Source: Octopus sinensis
Lineage: Eukaryota
Length of the DNA: 64,000 nt
Direction of reading: 5' to 3'
Assembly: GCF_006345805.1 (NCBI RefSeq)
Contig: NC_043003.1
Coordinates: 69,812,001-69,876,000, forward strand
This document shows positions 11,714-25,094 of this stretch, in pieces (within the stretch, counting starts at the first letter, position 1; each line of letters begins with the position of its first letter). The translations under genes were made by a program, and so were the position numbers. The notes beneath the pieces are model-generated. The model made no database searches and was not told the origin of the DNA. It saw only the letters and a program-made list of their open reading frames with translations.

Positions 11714-11751
<38 letters not shown>

Positions 11752-11754
11752 TAT

Positions 11755-11802
<48 letters not shown>

Positions 11803-11815
11803 TAATATATATATA

Positions 11816-11876
<61 letters not shown>

Positions 11877-12336
11877 TACACTGGCAACGACCATGCTCGA
11901 ATATTGTTTTTCATGTGCTGATAAGGCGATGCTGGCAATGATCACACTCAAATGGTGCTTTTTACATGCCATCGGCACAGGAGCAAATCCGTGGCGCTGG
12001 CAACGATCAAGCTCGGATAGTGCCTTTAACGTTCAACTGGCCCAAGTGCCAATCAGGTGGTACTGTCATCGACCACATCAGCAATTGTACAGATATGCAT
12101 ATGTCTGTGTTATGTTGTGCTTCTTCTCCCTCCACCTCTTGGCAACTGGAGTTGGTTTGTTTACATCCCCGTAATTTAGAGGTTCAGCAAAAAAAGAAAA
12201 ACAATAAAAGAAGTACCCAATTTTAAAAAATGAAACAGGTCTTGATTTGTTTGACTAAAACATTTAAGGTGTTGCCCCAGCATGGTCACAGTCAAATCAA
12301 TGACTGAAACAAGTAAAAGATAAAAGCATCTGTTAC

Positions 12337-12439
12337 CTCATTCTGTTAGAAAGAGCATTTCTCCTTTTCTTTTTCTTTCTTGCTGGTAAATTAATACCAA
12401 ATGAAGTCCATACAAGGTTTTTTTGGTCAAACAAACTTT
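12337..12439 (-). CDS. DCDC1: DCDC1 coding exon 6 (basic inter-DCX linker)
   Basis: ctttgcag| ... |gtaaca; phase 1 to 2. (K)SLFDQKNLVWTSFGINLPARKKKKRRNALSNRM(R) resembles human ..KVTWTMNGLMLP..KRRKTKPVLSIRM (recalled). Too short for the ORF track. Confidence 0.85.
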
Positions 12440-13007
12440 CTGCAAAGATCATAAACAAAAACACCATAATTAATCAATTTTTTTTACATCTGATTTTAGG
12501 TGAGGGTCATGTATGGAGGTATGTTCTGTTATAGTGCATTGCAGCATCCACCACTTATTGCTAATTCCCTACATCTGGCTGATGATGCTTTTGCTCCACT
12601 CAGGTGACAACCTGCCAACCCATGGGTCTGTTTTGGTAGCTGTTGTTGGTGAGGGTTTTATGAGGCTGGAGAGCAAATCCTACTGCAACATCTTTTAATA
12701 GCCTTTTTACAACAAGCAGAGCAAATGCTGGGTTTATTCTTAGACATGCTGGGCCAACACTCAGTGATGATACATTTCATTTACTTTACATCACAATTTT
12801 TGAACCATAGCCATACTGATAATAGTTTTCTAATTAGGCAAACAACTGGTTCGTTACATTTCAGACAATCGGTGTGACTTGACACCCTTGGTGCATCATT
12901 CAAAGGCTAAAACAAAGCAAAGCACATTGTAACCAGCAATGTATAACAACATCCAATAGTCTCTTCAATACTGTGATACAGTGATACACACACACACACA
13001 CATATAT

Positions 13008-13310
13008 TGTTTGTTTCTTCTTGAGCCACACCTGGCTCATAAGGGCCGGTTTCCTGATTTCCTTGGCATATAGGTTCCCCACCTGGACGGTACGCCGGTC
13101 CGTCGCAGGTGAGCTGCAAGATGCAGGAGGAAAGACTGAGAGAAAGTTGTGGTGAAAGAGTCAGCAGAAGTTCGCCATTACCTTCTGCCAGAGCCTAATG
13201 GAGGTTAGGTGTTTCGCTCATAAACACACACATCGCCAGGTCTGAGATTCGAACTCATAATCACTTGACCGCGAGTCCACTGCTCTAACCACTAGGCCAT
13301 GTGCCTCCAC
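13008..13310 (-). mobile_element. tRNA-derived SINE (family E, Arg-like head)
   Basis: Head GGAGGCACATGGCCTAGTGGTTAGAGC..CTCGCGG..GAGTTCGAATC. Central CCTGCGACGGACCGGCG..CGTCCAGG resembles Meta/V-type SINE cores. Confidence 0.65.
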
Positions 13311-13779
13311 ACACATATATGTATACACACACACATATATACCTACAGACATACATACACACACACACACAAATGTGTGTGCGTGTGTGTAAAATAAATA
13401 GTTAAGGCAGTTTATTTATGAAACACTTTACAAGTCTCTTTCTTAATTTTGGAGAAGTTCTCTGCAATATTTCTTGTATTGATTCTTCAGGGAGTAAATA
13501 AATATTGATGAATTATAGTTTATTCTACTGCCAACATTCCCTTCAGTATTTTAAGCAATTTTCATAAAGATATCGATTCAATTTTCTGGCACAAACAGTA
13601 AACCACCAACCTAGACTCTTTACAATATTTTTAGCTCAACCCTTAGCATTTTCGTTCAAATTCTGCCAGCAACGAGCTTCAGTCCTCTGACTGACATTAA
13701 TAAAATAAATACAAGTTGTTGCTTAACTCTGATAGTCCAACCATGACCACCTAATATTTTTATATATGTCAGAGAGATG

Positions 13780-14180
13780 CAGACATGGCTGTGTGGTTAG
13801 AGAACCTTGCTTCCTAACCATGCGGTTTGACTATCAGCCCCACTCTGCATCATCTTGGGCAAGTGTCTTTCACTACAGCTCTAGGCCAACCAGTGATTTG
13901 AGAGTGAATTTGGTAGATGGAAACTGAAAGAAGCCCATCTAATGTATGTGTGTATGTGCATGTTCTTTGTGTCTGTGTTTGTTAGCTCCCCACCATGCCA
14001 ATTGACAACTGATGGTGTAGGTTTGTTTATATCCCTTTAACTTAATAGTTCAGCAAAATGAACTGATAGAATAAGTACCAGACTTTAAAAACAGCATAAG
14101 AATCAATTTCTTTGATTAAACCCATCAAGGTGGTGCTCCAGTATGGCCACAGTGAAAATTACTGAAACAAGGTAGAAGAC
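13780..14180 (+). mobile_element. SINE family A
   Basis: Colinear, diverged copy. Confidence 0.65.
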
Positions 14181-15432
14181 AAGTTGTTATTTAGCCCTGG
14201 CAGTCCAGCAGTGACTGTTTTATATTTCTTGTACCTAAGAGTAGGAAGGACTAAACTGAATGACAAATTGGACAGTGTCCAACATGTCCTTCTTTTTTAA
14301 CAAGAGAAGGGTGAGATTTAATGAAATTTAGCTGCTAAATTGAGCAATAGACGTCTGGCTAGAAAAATTGTTAACACATCAAACAAAATTCCAAACAGCA
14401 TTTCTTCCAACACTTTATGATCAGAATTGAAATCCTGTTGTGAAATCATCTTTGCCTTTTGTCCCTTTTGGGGTTTGATAAAATAAAGTACCAATCAAGT
14501 ACTGGCATCAATGAAATCGACTTAACCCCTTCTTTCAAAACTGTTGGCCTTGACCTTCTGCAAGGGACCAATGTCCTGATCAAGGGGAATGATGTGAACT
14601 TAGACACTTATCCACCATGGTATCCAGGTTAACTGGTCTTATGAGTCCTGGGGCTTGAAAAACAATTAAACTTTAAGCAATAGTGTAACGACTCATTTAT
14701 TAAGTCATTAAACATAACTAATGAACTGAGCTCAATTCAATCAACTATGTCCCAATATTAGAAATTATTAGTTTTATTATTATTATTTTGTTAATGCCTG
14801 CTAATTAACTTAGCAGGTATTTTATCTTGCTGTTTGGCAACAACAAGCCTCCTAAAGTCTCAAGAATCTGTCTTAGGATTCTTGTAGAATATAAGATGGT
14901 ACCTTTCTGATATTTATCGTTGTTGTTGCTGTTGTTATTATTAAAGTGGCAATCATTATTAAGGCAGATTCGGTGGCAGTGGCAGTGTCATCATCATCAA
15001 GCTTCAAAGGGATTGAAGTTTTAAGGTAAGGAGTTCGTCAACCATCCAAGGGATTGACTAACCCCTTGCCTTAAAACTGCTGCTTTTCTGCCTAAATCCG
15101 GAATAATTATTTGCAACCTGGCAAAAATCATTAGAGTTTTGGAAAAAGTGCTTTATCTTTCATCTTTTACTGGTCTCAGTCATTAGACTGTGGCCATGCT
15201 GGAGCACTGCCTTGAAGAATTTATAATCAAATGAATCGACTCCAGCGCTTATTTTTTTTAAAGCCTGGTACGTATTTTATTGGTTTCTTTTGCCAAACTG
15301 CTAAGTTATAGGGATGTAAACACATTAACACTGGTTGATAAGTGGTGGTGAGGGACAAACACGGACACAAAGACACACACACAAATGTGTGTGTGTGTGA
15401 GAGAGAGAGAGTGTTTTTATATATATATATAT

Positions 15433-15607
15433 AAATTAGGCAGAGGTGGAGAAAATTTTTGATCAACAAACAAATTGACTACCATCGGTTATTTTTTTAA
15501 TACAAAACTTTAACATTGCTAACAGTTTTGTATTAAAAAAAATAAAATAACCAATGATAGTCAATTTGTTTGTTGGTTAAAAATTTTCTCCATTTTCTGC
15601 TTAATTT
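15433..15607. repeat. Foldback inverted repeat (~75-bp arms, ~16-nt loop)
   Basis: AAATTAGGCAGA..CAAATTGACTA..AATACAAAAC pairs with GTTTTGTATT..TAGTCAATTTG..TCTGCTTAATTT. Confidence 0.8.
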
Positions 15608-15775
15608 AAATTTGATTCCTGATAAACTCTTGTTTATTTTATAATTGCCTGTATCCTATGAGCATAGTATGCTTGCATATCCATGCCCAGAGTTAACACA
15701 GGTAATTTATACCGGTTGTAATAATGGATATTCTTATCCCTTAGGTGGTTATTCCAACCACTAACTCTACTTACC

Positions 15776-15824
<49 letters not shown>

Positions 15825-15990
15825 ATATACGATGAGCTTCTTTCAGTTTCTATTTACCAAATCCCCTCACAAGGATTTGGTTGGCCTGAAGCTATAGCAG
15901 AAGAGACTTGTAGTATTTGTTTCAGATCTTTATATAACATATTAAATTCAAAGTAATTTAGAAGAAGAAAAAAAACAAATTAATCCTTAC

Positions 15991-16153
15991 TTTTATTTTT
16001 ATTTTGAGGATTTTGAAATGCTTCACCCATTGAAACATAAATAGCAGCTTCTTTTGGAATATCTTCGGGGCTGTATACTTTGGTTCCATCTTCAAGATAA
16101 ATTATTCGAGCAGCAAAGGGCAATTGCAGCTTTTTTGTACACAATTCCAGTAA
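15991..16153 (-). CDS. DCDC1: DCDC1 coding exon 5 (C-terminal part of first DCX domain)
   Basis: tttaccag| ... |gtaagg; phase 0 to 1. LLELCTKKLQLPFAARIIYLEDGTKVYSPEDIPKEAAIYVSMGEAFQNP is a DCX signature close to human LLEECTEKLNLNMAARRVFLADG..PEDIPHEADVYVSTGEPF (recalled). Confidence 0.92.
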
Positions 16154-16249
16154 CTGGTAAACACAAACAAGCAAAATTAAATAAAACTAAACAATCAACT
16201 AATAAAACAAATTAAAATTATAAAATATTCGTCGGCCAAAGATTCCAAA

Positions 16250-16990
16250 TTACACCTGAATATAAGGACAGGTGGAATAGCAATTGTTATCATATGTCCA
16301 CATGATGGCTGTCCACTCATGACTGAGGAAACCATTACTAACCTTTAGGAACATTGTGCTCAAGACTACCTTATACCTTACACTTGTGGCTCCATTGGTG
16401 ACTAACAAGTCCCTGCATTTGACAAACATACACGACTGCAAACATTACAGACCAAGCTTTTCCCATTCATTACACTAGCAGAACATTTTCGAGCAGCACG
16501 CTTAAATTCTTTATGAAGAATATGTGCTCTTTCTAAGATATCGATTACCTCCTTTACCTCTCTCCTCCATCCGTGGTGATGACAAGCATTGCTCTCTCAG
16601 TCAGCTTCCTGCATTTCACAGGCCTTTAATGAGAGCTTTACACAGTCCTTAAATCGCAGTCATGGCTTCTGATGGGGTCGCTTTCACTAACAAGTTTCCC
16701 ATGTAGCATCTGTTTAGGGATCCTGCTATCATTCATTTTAACAAGTTGTCCAGTTTAACATAACCAGTGTTTATGCATCATTGCCTCAATACTCAGGATA
16801 TTGACTCTCCTCAGGATTTGTGTATCTGGAGTTTTTAAGGCCCAGCCAACATTCAGAATGTGTCTCAGACATCTCTGATGGAAGTGTTCAATGACCTTAA
16901 CATGATGTTTGTAAAGGGTCCACATCTCACATGAGTAAAGGAGTGATGTCAGTACACATGCATGGTACACAGCAATTGTATGCATGTAAA
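16250..16990 (-). mobile_element. RTE (BovB-like) LINE 3' fragment
   Basis: VYHACVLTSLLYSCEMWTLY..HFHQRCLRHILNVGW is the RTE C-terminal motif; degenerate. Confidence 0.75.
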
Positions 16991-17679
16991 CCAATCTTAC
17001 ATACAAAGAATGTCATGACCTGAATGTGATATGTCTGTTTACATCTTTACTTCCATTTCTGACTGAATCCTAAACAATAACAAAAACCCCTACATCAAAC
17101 CAAAATAAATCTCTTCACCATGTCTTTCTATCAATGCACATCATACAAACACATAATTTCCTCTGTAACCCCCTTCCCATATAACCCTAATTAGTCACAA
17201 CATCTAATTATCATTTGCATTACCTCTACCTACCCAAAAACAACATATATAAAGACAAAAAGAATCATCTGATGAAAACAGGCAATTTGAAACTGGAATG
17301 ACACTATCAACCTTTTCCTTGTGAGGCCTACTGTTTCCATTGGTTCAGGCATGGCTGTGTGGTTAAAAAGCTCACTTTTCAACCAGGTGGTTTCAAGTTC
17401 ATGACAGTTTGGATAAGTGTTTTCTGCTATAGCCCTGGGTTGGCTAATACCTTGCAAGTGAGACAGAAATTGTGAGATAGTCCATCATGTTTATGCATCT
17501 GTCTGTGTTTGTTCTCACCTCCATTTGCAGTTGATTTGTTAAGCTAAACCCTTCAAGGCAGTGCCCCAGTATGGCCACAGTCCACTGACTAAAACAATAT
17601 ACACACACACATATATGCATGCAAATATATGCACATATATACACAAGCAAATTCACACACACACACACATATATATGTA

Positions 17680-17920
17680 TAGAATACATGTATAGAATAC
17701 ATATGTATAGAATTCAACATGTATAGAATACACATGTATAGAATACAACATGTATAGAATACACATGGATAGAATAGAATACAGCATGTACAGAATACAC
17801 ATGTATAAAATACACATGTATAGAATACACATGGATAGAATACAACATGTATAGAATACACACATATAGAATACAACATGTGTAGAATATAGCATATATA
17901 GAATACACATGTATAGAATA
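17680..17920. repeat. 16-17-bp minisatellite (CATGTATAGAATACA)
   Basis: Read directly. Confidence 0.85.
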
Positions 17921-18121
17921 CAACTGGCTTCTGTACAGTAACTATGAATCCAATTCCACTCGAAATATATTGGTCAACTCAAAACTCTTGTAGAAGACAC
18001 TTAACCAAGTTGCCATCACATGACAGAATCATAAGTGAAGCAACATGAACGCAAAGTGAACTTTTTAACACCCAGCCCTTCATGTGCCCATTAATAAATC
18101 AATAATCCCAATATCACTTAC

Positions 18122-18243
18122 CATTGGCAGGTCTGGTGCAGCAACTCTAGTAAAAACATTGCAGTCCCCATTTCTGTAAGCCTTCACCACTATTATAGGG
18201 GGTTGTCTTCTGATACAGCTCTGTGAAGTTTTGGGCGGTTTTT
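18122..18243 (-). CDS. DCDC1: DCDC1 coding exon 4 (N-terminal part of first DCX domain)
   Basis: tattgcag| ... |gtaagt; phase 1 to 0. KPPKTSQSCIRRQPPIIVVKAYRNGDCNVFTRVAAPDLPM resembles human QPRVIKVTAYKNGSRTVFARV (recalled). Confidence 0.9.
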
Positions 18244-19255
18244 CTGCAATAGAAGATATACAGGCTTAAGTCAGTGATTGGTTCCAAGACAAACAACTTA
18301 CCTCAGAAAAGGACATAACACATAAAACATTTTTTTAAATTGCTATTTCATATTTGTTTCAATAAATGGTTTGTATATATTTTCAAAGGCATTTTATTTC
18401 ATTTTTCTCTTCAGGATTGGTTTGTAGGTATTTTTGTAGAAGTCTTGCTTTTAAATATGAACACCTATGTTAGTGTCACATAAAAAGCTGCTGTGCTGGT
18501 GCCATGTAAAAGCTCCCGTGTTGGTGCCACATATGAAGCACCTGTAATGGTGTCACATACAAAAGCACCCATTCCGGTGCCGCATACAAAGCACCCATGC
18601 TGGTGCCACGTACAAAATATCGAGTACACTCTGTAAAGTGGTTAACATTGGGAAGGGCATCCATCTGTAGAAACCATGCCAAAGCAGATAACCAGAGCCT
18701 GATGTTGCTTTCCAGCTTGCTAACTCCTCTCCGACCATTCAACCCATGCCAACATGGAGAATGAAGATCAAATGATGGTGGTGATGGTGGTGGTGGTGGT
18801 GGTGGTGGTGATTGTTGAGACAGACAGAAAGTTGGAGAAAACGACTAACATTTTTTCTCCTTAGTTGTTTAAAAAACATCATCCAATGTCCAAAAAGCCA
18901 CAACTCAAAGCAACAGAAGTTCACGTATGCCTGCATTGCATTCCTCCTGCAAGAATGCAGATTTAAATCAATCTTCACAGGATTTAAACCCAGGAACACC
19001 TAGAGACACAATAAATATTGTAAAGCACTTAGGCTGGCATTTCTTATTTCAGTCTTCTGGCTGTTTTTATTGGTTTCTGTCATTAGACTGTGGCCATGCT
19101 GGGGCATTGTGTTCAAATGTTTTAGCTGATTATACTGGCCCCAGTATGTTTCGTTAGTCCTTATTTCTTCGGTTGTCTAAGATGTGAAATGCAAAGCGAA
19201 TACAAACAGAAAGAGAGATAACTCAGTCATACATTAATGATGTTAAAATATTCTT

Positions 19256-19292
19256 ACATCATCATCATCACCATCATCATCCTCATCACCAT

Positions 19293-19323
<31 letters not shown>

Positions 19324-19460
19324 ATCACCATCATCATCATCACCGTCATTATCCTCATCATCATCATCCTCATCGCCACCATCAACATCATCATCATTAC
19401 CATCACCATCATCACCACCATCATCATAATCATCATCATCATCATCACGACGATCACCAC

Positions 19461-19492
<32 letters not shown>

Positions 19493-19707
19493 CCATCATC
19501 CTCATCATCACCATCATCCTCATCATCACCATCATCCTCATCGCCATCATCCTCATCACCATTATCATCATTATCACCATCATCATCACCGTCATTATCC
19601 TCATCATCATCATCCTCATCGCCACCATCAACATCATCATCATCATTATCACAATCACCATCATCACCACCATCATCATAATCATCCTCATCATCATCAC
19701 GATAACC

Positions 19708-19738
<31 letters not shown>

Positions 19739-19770
19739 CTACCATCATCCTCATCTTTATCATCATCATT
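19256..19770. repeat. (CAT/CAC)n trinucleotide tract
   Basis: Read directly. It is the extended tail of the adjacent family B element. Confidence 0.9.
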
Positions 19771-20832
19771 GTTTAATGTCTGATTTTCATACTGGCATGG
19801 GTTGGACGGCATGACAGGAGCTGGCAAAGCAAGGGTCCATACCAAGTTCGCATAGCATCATAGCATGCTTTGGGTTTGGTTTCAACAGCTTGATGCCCTT
19901 CTTAATGCCAACCACTATACAGAGTGTACTGGGTGCTTTTTTTTTATGTGGCACCAACACCATGCTGATACACACACACACACACACACAAAAGGTGGAT
20001 GCTGGTGGACTCCCCTGTCACAAACAACATATGAGAGTTATGCAATTTCTTACTGAACAACCTGGACAAATGATTTGTTTTTGGTGATTAAATGTCTGTG
20101 CTGCTCATTAGCTCATTGCCTCCATCAAATAAATACCCACCGAATGGGTACGCGGGGTGCCACCCATCAGGTGTCGGAAGTGATCGCAAATCAACATGAG
20201 ATGAAGTGTTTTGCTCATGAACACGACATACTGTCTTGTCCAAGAATTGAAACCGTGACTTTGCAATCATGAGCACAACACTCTAACCACTAGGTTGTAG
20301 GCCTTCATAACATACACACATACACACACATACACAACTCTCACACACTCACTTACACACAGACACTCACACACACTTACACACACACACTCACTCACAT
20401 CCACCCACACACACAAACTCAAACTCACTCACTCACACACTTACACACACACACTCATTTTCTCACACACACACTAACACACACACACACACGCTCACTT
20501 TCTCTCTCTCTCACACACACACACTCACTCATTCTCACCACACACACACTTACACACAAACACTCACACACGCTCACTTTCTCTCTCACACACACTTTCA
20601 CACATACACACTAACATACACACACACACACACTCACTTTCACACACACACAGAAACATACTCACACGCACAAACACACACACACTCACACACAAACATT
20701 CACACACATTTTCACACACACACATACACACACATTCACACATACACTCACACACACACACACACACAAGATAGACAGTGGAATCGACCCCCAAAAGATT
20801 AGAAACGTTCCACAAATCAAGAAAATATTTAC

Positions 20833-20855
20833 CAATTCTGACCCCTTTGGTCGTC
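20833..20855 (-). CDS. DCDC1: DCDC1 23-nt microexon (coding exon 3), (R)TTKGVRI(E)
   Basis: gctgat..ccactccatcacccttacag|GACGACCAAAGGGGTCAGAATTG|gtaaat; phase 2 to 1, which bridges exon 2 and exon 4 exactly. Confidence 0.6.
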
Positions 20856-21759
20856 CTGTAAGGGTGATGGAGTGGATCAGCAAAATGGACTTCAGACAAA
20901 CTTCTTCGTTTCATGGTTTATTTTTACCATATTGATCAGAACATGGAATTGAAATGGTAAGACATCAATGTAATTAATTAGTAACGCATAAACGAATGTA
21001 CGAGGGGGATAAGCATAAAAGCAAACACACTCAAAGGAATAAATGATGGTAATGATGATAGTGATGGTAATGGTGATGATGATGATGGTGATGATAATGG
21101 TGAGGATTATGATGATGATAATGGTGATAATGATGATGATGATGATGACTGTAGCATTGTGGTGGTTAGAGTAACGAGGTGGCAGAATCGTTAGCGTGAT
21201 GGACAAAATGCTAAGCAGCATTTTCTCTGGCTCTTCCCATTCTGAGTTCAAATCCTGCTGAGGTCAAGTTTGTCTTTCACACATTCAGGGATCAATAAAA
21301 TAAAAGTCCAAGTCATGCACTGGGGTCAATGTAATCAATTTGTCCCCTTCCTTCAAAAATTACTGCAACAAACCAGCAACTCATTAAGGAGGGCTATTGT
21401 GATTTTAATAATAATAATAATAATGAAATTATTGTATACAGTGCTCAGGTGTACCACAACTTGTCAGAAAGTGCATATAAAGTACATGCAGTAATGTACA
21501 AATGTCTGGAAAGCGAACAATGTATGAGTCAGGTACATGCTTGTGTGTGTATGGAGGGGAGAAAATCAGGTGTAGTGTTGGTGAATCTCAGAAAGCATGG
21601 AAGTTTTGAAGGATGCAGTGTTCCGACAACTAACAACTGATGCCGGCACACTCCATGGAAACAGGCTAACTGATTTTATGAGTCCTAGGGATCAAGGAAG
21701 ATAAAAAAGAAAAACATTATGGTGGTTGAAAGGCTGATGATGGGTAAAATGGTAAAAGA

Positions 21760-22445
21760 AGTGCAGGCAGTAAATTTGCAGAGTCAGTAACAGAGGAAGG
21801 AACCCATGGAAGAGGGAGACCCAAAAAGACATGGGATGAGGTGGTGAAGCATGACCTTCGAATGTTGGGCCTCACAGAGGCAATGGCGAAAAACCAAAAC
21901 CTCTGGAGATATGCTGTGATTGAGAAGGCCCGGCAAGTAAAGCGAGATCACAGCTGTAGCCTACACCAGTGTCGCATAACCAGCATATTTAAAAAGTACC
22001 TTTGAATTGTCGGGCGACACACCATGCTTGAGGAGACCTATTGTGTCAAGTAAAATCAAAACTCAAAATCAAATGGAAATTGTAGTTGTGGCTGATGCTA
22101 GTGCTGCTTGACTGGCTCCCATGGTGGTAGAAGGTATAAAGTATCATCTGAATGTAGTCGATGCCAGCACCAACTGCCTCCTGTGCCGGTAGCACATAAA
22201 AGCACCATCTGAATGTGGCTGATGCTAGTGCCACCTAACTGGCTACCGTGCCGGTGGCACATAAAAATCACCCACTACACCCTCGGAGTGGTTGGTATTA
22301 GGAAGGGCATCCAGCTGTAGAAACATTGCCAGACCAGATTGGAGCCTGGTGCGGCCTCCTGGCTTGCCAGTCCCCAGTCAAACTGTCCAACCCATGCAAA
22401 CATGGAAAACAGGCATTAAACAATGATGATGATGATGATGATGAT
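21760..22445 (+). mobile_element. 5'-truncated RTE LINE (ORF end + family B 3' UTR + GAT tail)
   Basis: GRGRPKKTWDEVVKHDLRMLGL..W followed by the family B tail. Confidence 0.75.
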
Positions 22446-22821
22446 TAGAGAATCAGCTGGATGGAGGTTCTCAAATAGGTGATGGAGGTGGTGGTGGTGG
22501 CTGTGGTGGATGTGAGTGTTGATGATAATGATGTTGATGATGCTAGATGTAGTGAATGACAGTAATAGCTTCAAAGAAAGGATGGACTTTGATGTTGACA
22601 GTAATGATGGTAACGAGGATGTCGAAAATTGACACAAGGCCAAACAGTTGTGGAGGAGCCATGAACTGGCCTCAGTACTCGATTGGTAATCTAGTTTATT
22701 AACCACCACTACCACCACTGCTACTGCTGCCCCCTGTCCCCAAAGGAATGAAAGGCAAAACTGACCAGGGAAAGATTTGAACTCAGAACGTGGATACTAC
22801 TTAAGGTAATGTGATGTAGTA

Positions 22822-24066
22822 TTAGGTTGTTCCAAAAATAACGGCCGATTTCAGAAACATAATTTTATTCTGGAAAAATTAACAATAAAAATGTTTTGAT
22901 TAATCAAAGTATGAGCCATGAACATCTATGCATCTCTGCCATCGATCAACAAGATTATTTATGCCTCGTTCATAAAAACTTATTGGCTTTGATGCTAAGA
23001 AATCTTTGAAAACTGATTCCACCTCTGATTTGAACCTGAAAGTTTTATTGCTTAAAAACATGATTAAATGCTTTAAAAAATGGTGGTCAGTGGGTGAAGG
23101 ATTAGGAGATTATATGGAGGATGAGGTAAAGTCTCATATCCCAAATCTGTGAGTTTCTGCAGCGTCATTCTTGCAACATGTGGCTTTACATTATTGTGGA
23201 GCAGAATTGGGCCATGCTGATTCACCAATGCAGATCTCATTTTTTGCAAGTGAGCATACATTTCAGTGAGTTGATTGCAGTAATCCTCTGCTGTAATGCT
23301 CTGATTGGCTTCCAAAAAGCTGTAATGGACAACACCAGTTGCAGACCACCAGACAGTCACCATAATCTTTGGCTTTGGGAAATGTTTGAGGGCTCATCAC
23401 AATTAAGTCATAAAGGATCCACTTTTCGTCACAAGTGACTATTCAGTCAAGAAAAGGATCATTGGTGTTTCACAGAAAGAGCATCAAGTATACTTCAAAA
23501 TGCCAAACTTTTTGATTTTCATTGAGCTCATTTGGTACCCATTATTGAGCTTTTTCACTTTACCAATCTTCTGCAGATTGCGTGAGACCATTGCAATACT
23601 GACACCAGGTACCTGAGACATTTCTCTGATGCTTTGACATGGGTTTTGTTCAACAATTGCTTTCAATTGTTCATTTTCAAGACTGCATGACTGCCCTCTA
23701 CCTTCTTCATCTTCAAGGCTCTCATCACCACTACAGAATTTCTGAAACCACCTTCGTACTATGCAATCACTTGTGGACCCCTCTCCCTATGCTCTGTTGA
23801 TATTGGCAGCAGTTTGGGAGGCATTGTGCCCAAGCTTGAACACATGCAAGAAAAATAAGCAAAGGTAATTTTTTGTCATGTTCATAATTAAGGGCGCCTA
23901 TGCTTCAAGAATGTTTTGTCTCTGAAATAAGTAGAAAATTATTAAAGAGTATACATCAATTATTAGGTATGTTGAAATTCACCAAAAATATAATTAAAAT
24001 ACTATGATAAAATTGTGTTTCAAAACACAATACTTAGAGCAGCCATTATTTTCTGAAAAAACCTAA
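22822..24066 (-). mobile_element. Full-length but decayed mariner transposon
   Basis: Imperfect TIRs TTAGGTTGTTCCAAAAATAACGGC and GCCATTATTTTCTGAAAAAACCTAA, TA on both sides, ~1.25 kb. Transposase remnants WWSATGVVHY, LLHNNVKPH, LPHPPY with frameshifts/stops. Confidence 0.88.
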
Positions 24067-24100
24067 TATTTACCTGTCAAAAAAATAAAACTATACCAAC

Positions 24101-24319
24101 CTGTTACTTTTCACTGGTGCACTGGAAGGTCTCCGTCGAAGGCACTTTGAATTATCTGTCAATGTATTAATTAGATTCTTGTATACTGTGTTGCTACCTT
24201 GATCAGAAAATGGCTGGAGAGTTCTGCCCTGTGTTTGTGGTCTTTGTGACAAACGCTGTTTATAAGGGCTAAAGTCATATTTCAAAGATTCTGTTTCTCG
24301 GTACTTGGAAGAACCACAT
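24101..24319 (-). CDS. DCDC1: DCDC1 coding exon 2
   Basis: aattcag| ... |gttggt; 219 nt, phase 2 to 2. Ends RRRPSSAPVKSN(R), cf. human RNRPVSAPV (recalled). Confidence 0.8.
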
Positions 24320-24861
24320 CTGAATTACAATGATGTAAGTTAAATTATTAAAACATACAAATTTCCCAAACCTGCCCTCTTTGTTTCTCACTCACTACAT
24401 TCATTTCAAACCACCTGTTATTCTCCCTTCGCATCATTTTCTCATGTCTTGAGAAGTTCTGGTATTTAGCTTCCACCAGCTCTATCTTCTTTCCAGTTAC
24501 TCCCACCCAGCCCTATACAATGCAGTGCATTCTATCATATTTTTAAGCCTCCCAGCACTTGGCATACAACCATCTCCCCACTTCTCAATATCCATCCCTA
24601 TCCACATTTAGTCAAAGGGACATCTTGCTTTTCTCTGTTCTTTTCTTATAAGTTGCTTGGCAACTACACTCATGCTGGCGCCACATAAACAGCACCCAGT
24701 ACACTCTGTAAAGTGGTAGGCATTAAGAAGGGCATCCATAATTTGGTAGCTGGAAACTGTAGAAGCCAGTCATTCATATATTTGTATGTCTATGTGTATG
24801 TATGTGTGTGTGCATGTATATATATATATATATATATATAAATATATATATACACACACAC

Positions 24862-24894
<33 letters not shown>

Positions 24895-25094
24895 TAATAA
24901 TAATAATAATAATAATAATATTGATGATGATGATGATGACAACGATGATGATGATGATGATAAAGGGTAAAAATCATCAATGATTTTCAACCAGGTGGTC
25001 AGCGCGGAAATAAAACCTCATAGGTAAATGTTATAAATATTTTATAATTAGTGCATGGGGAGGCACAAGCTAAGCCCATGTTATAATTATATAT

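Noticed and set aside
13240-13310. tRNA gene
   Set aside because: tRNA-like SINE head; no complete acceptor stem, and it continues into the SINE body.
19237-19845. Poly-I, poly-D and poly-M ORFs
   Set aside because: Translations of the (CAT)n tract.
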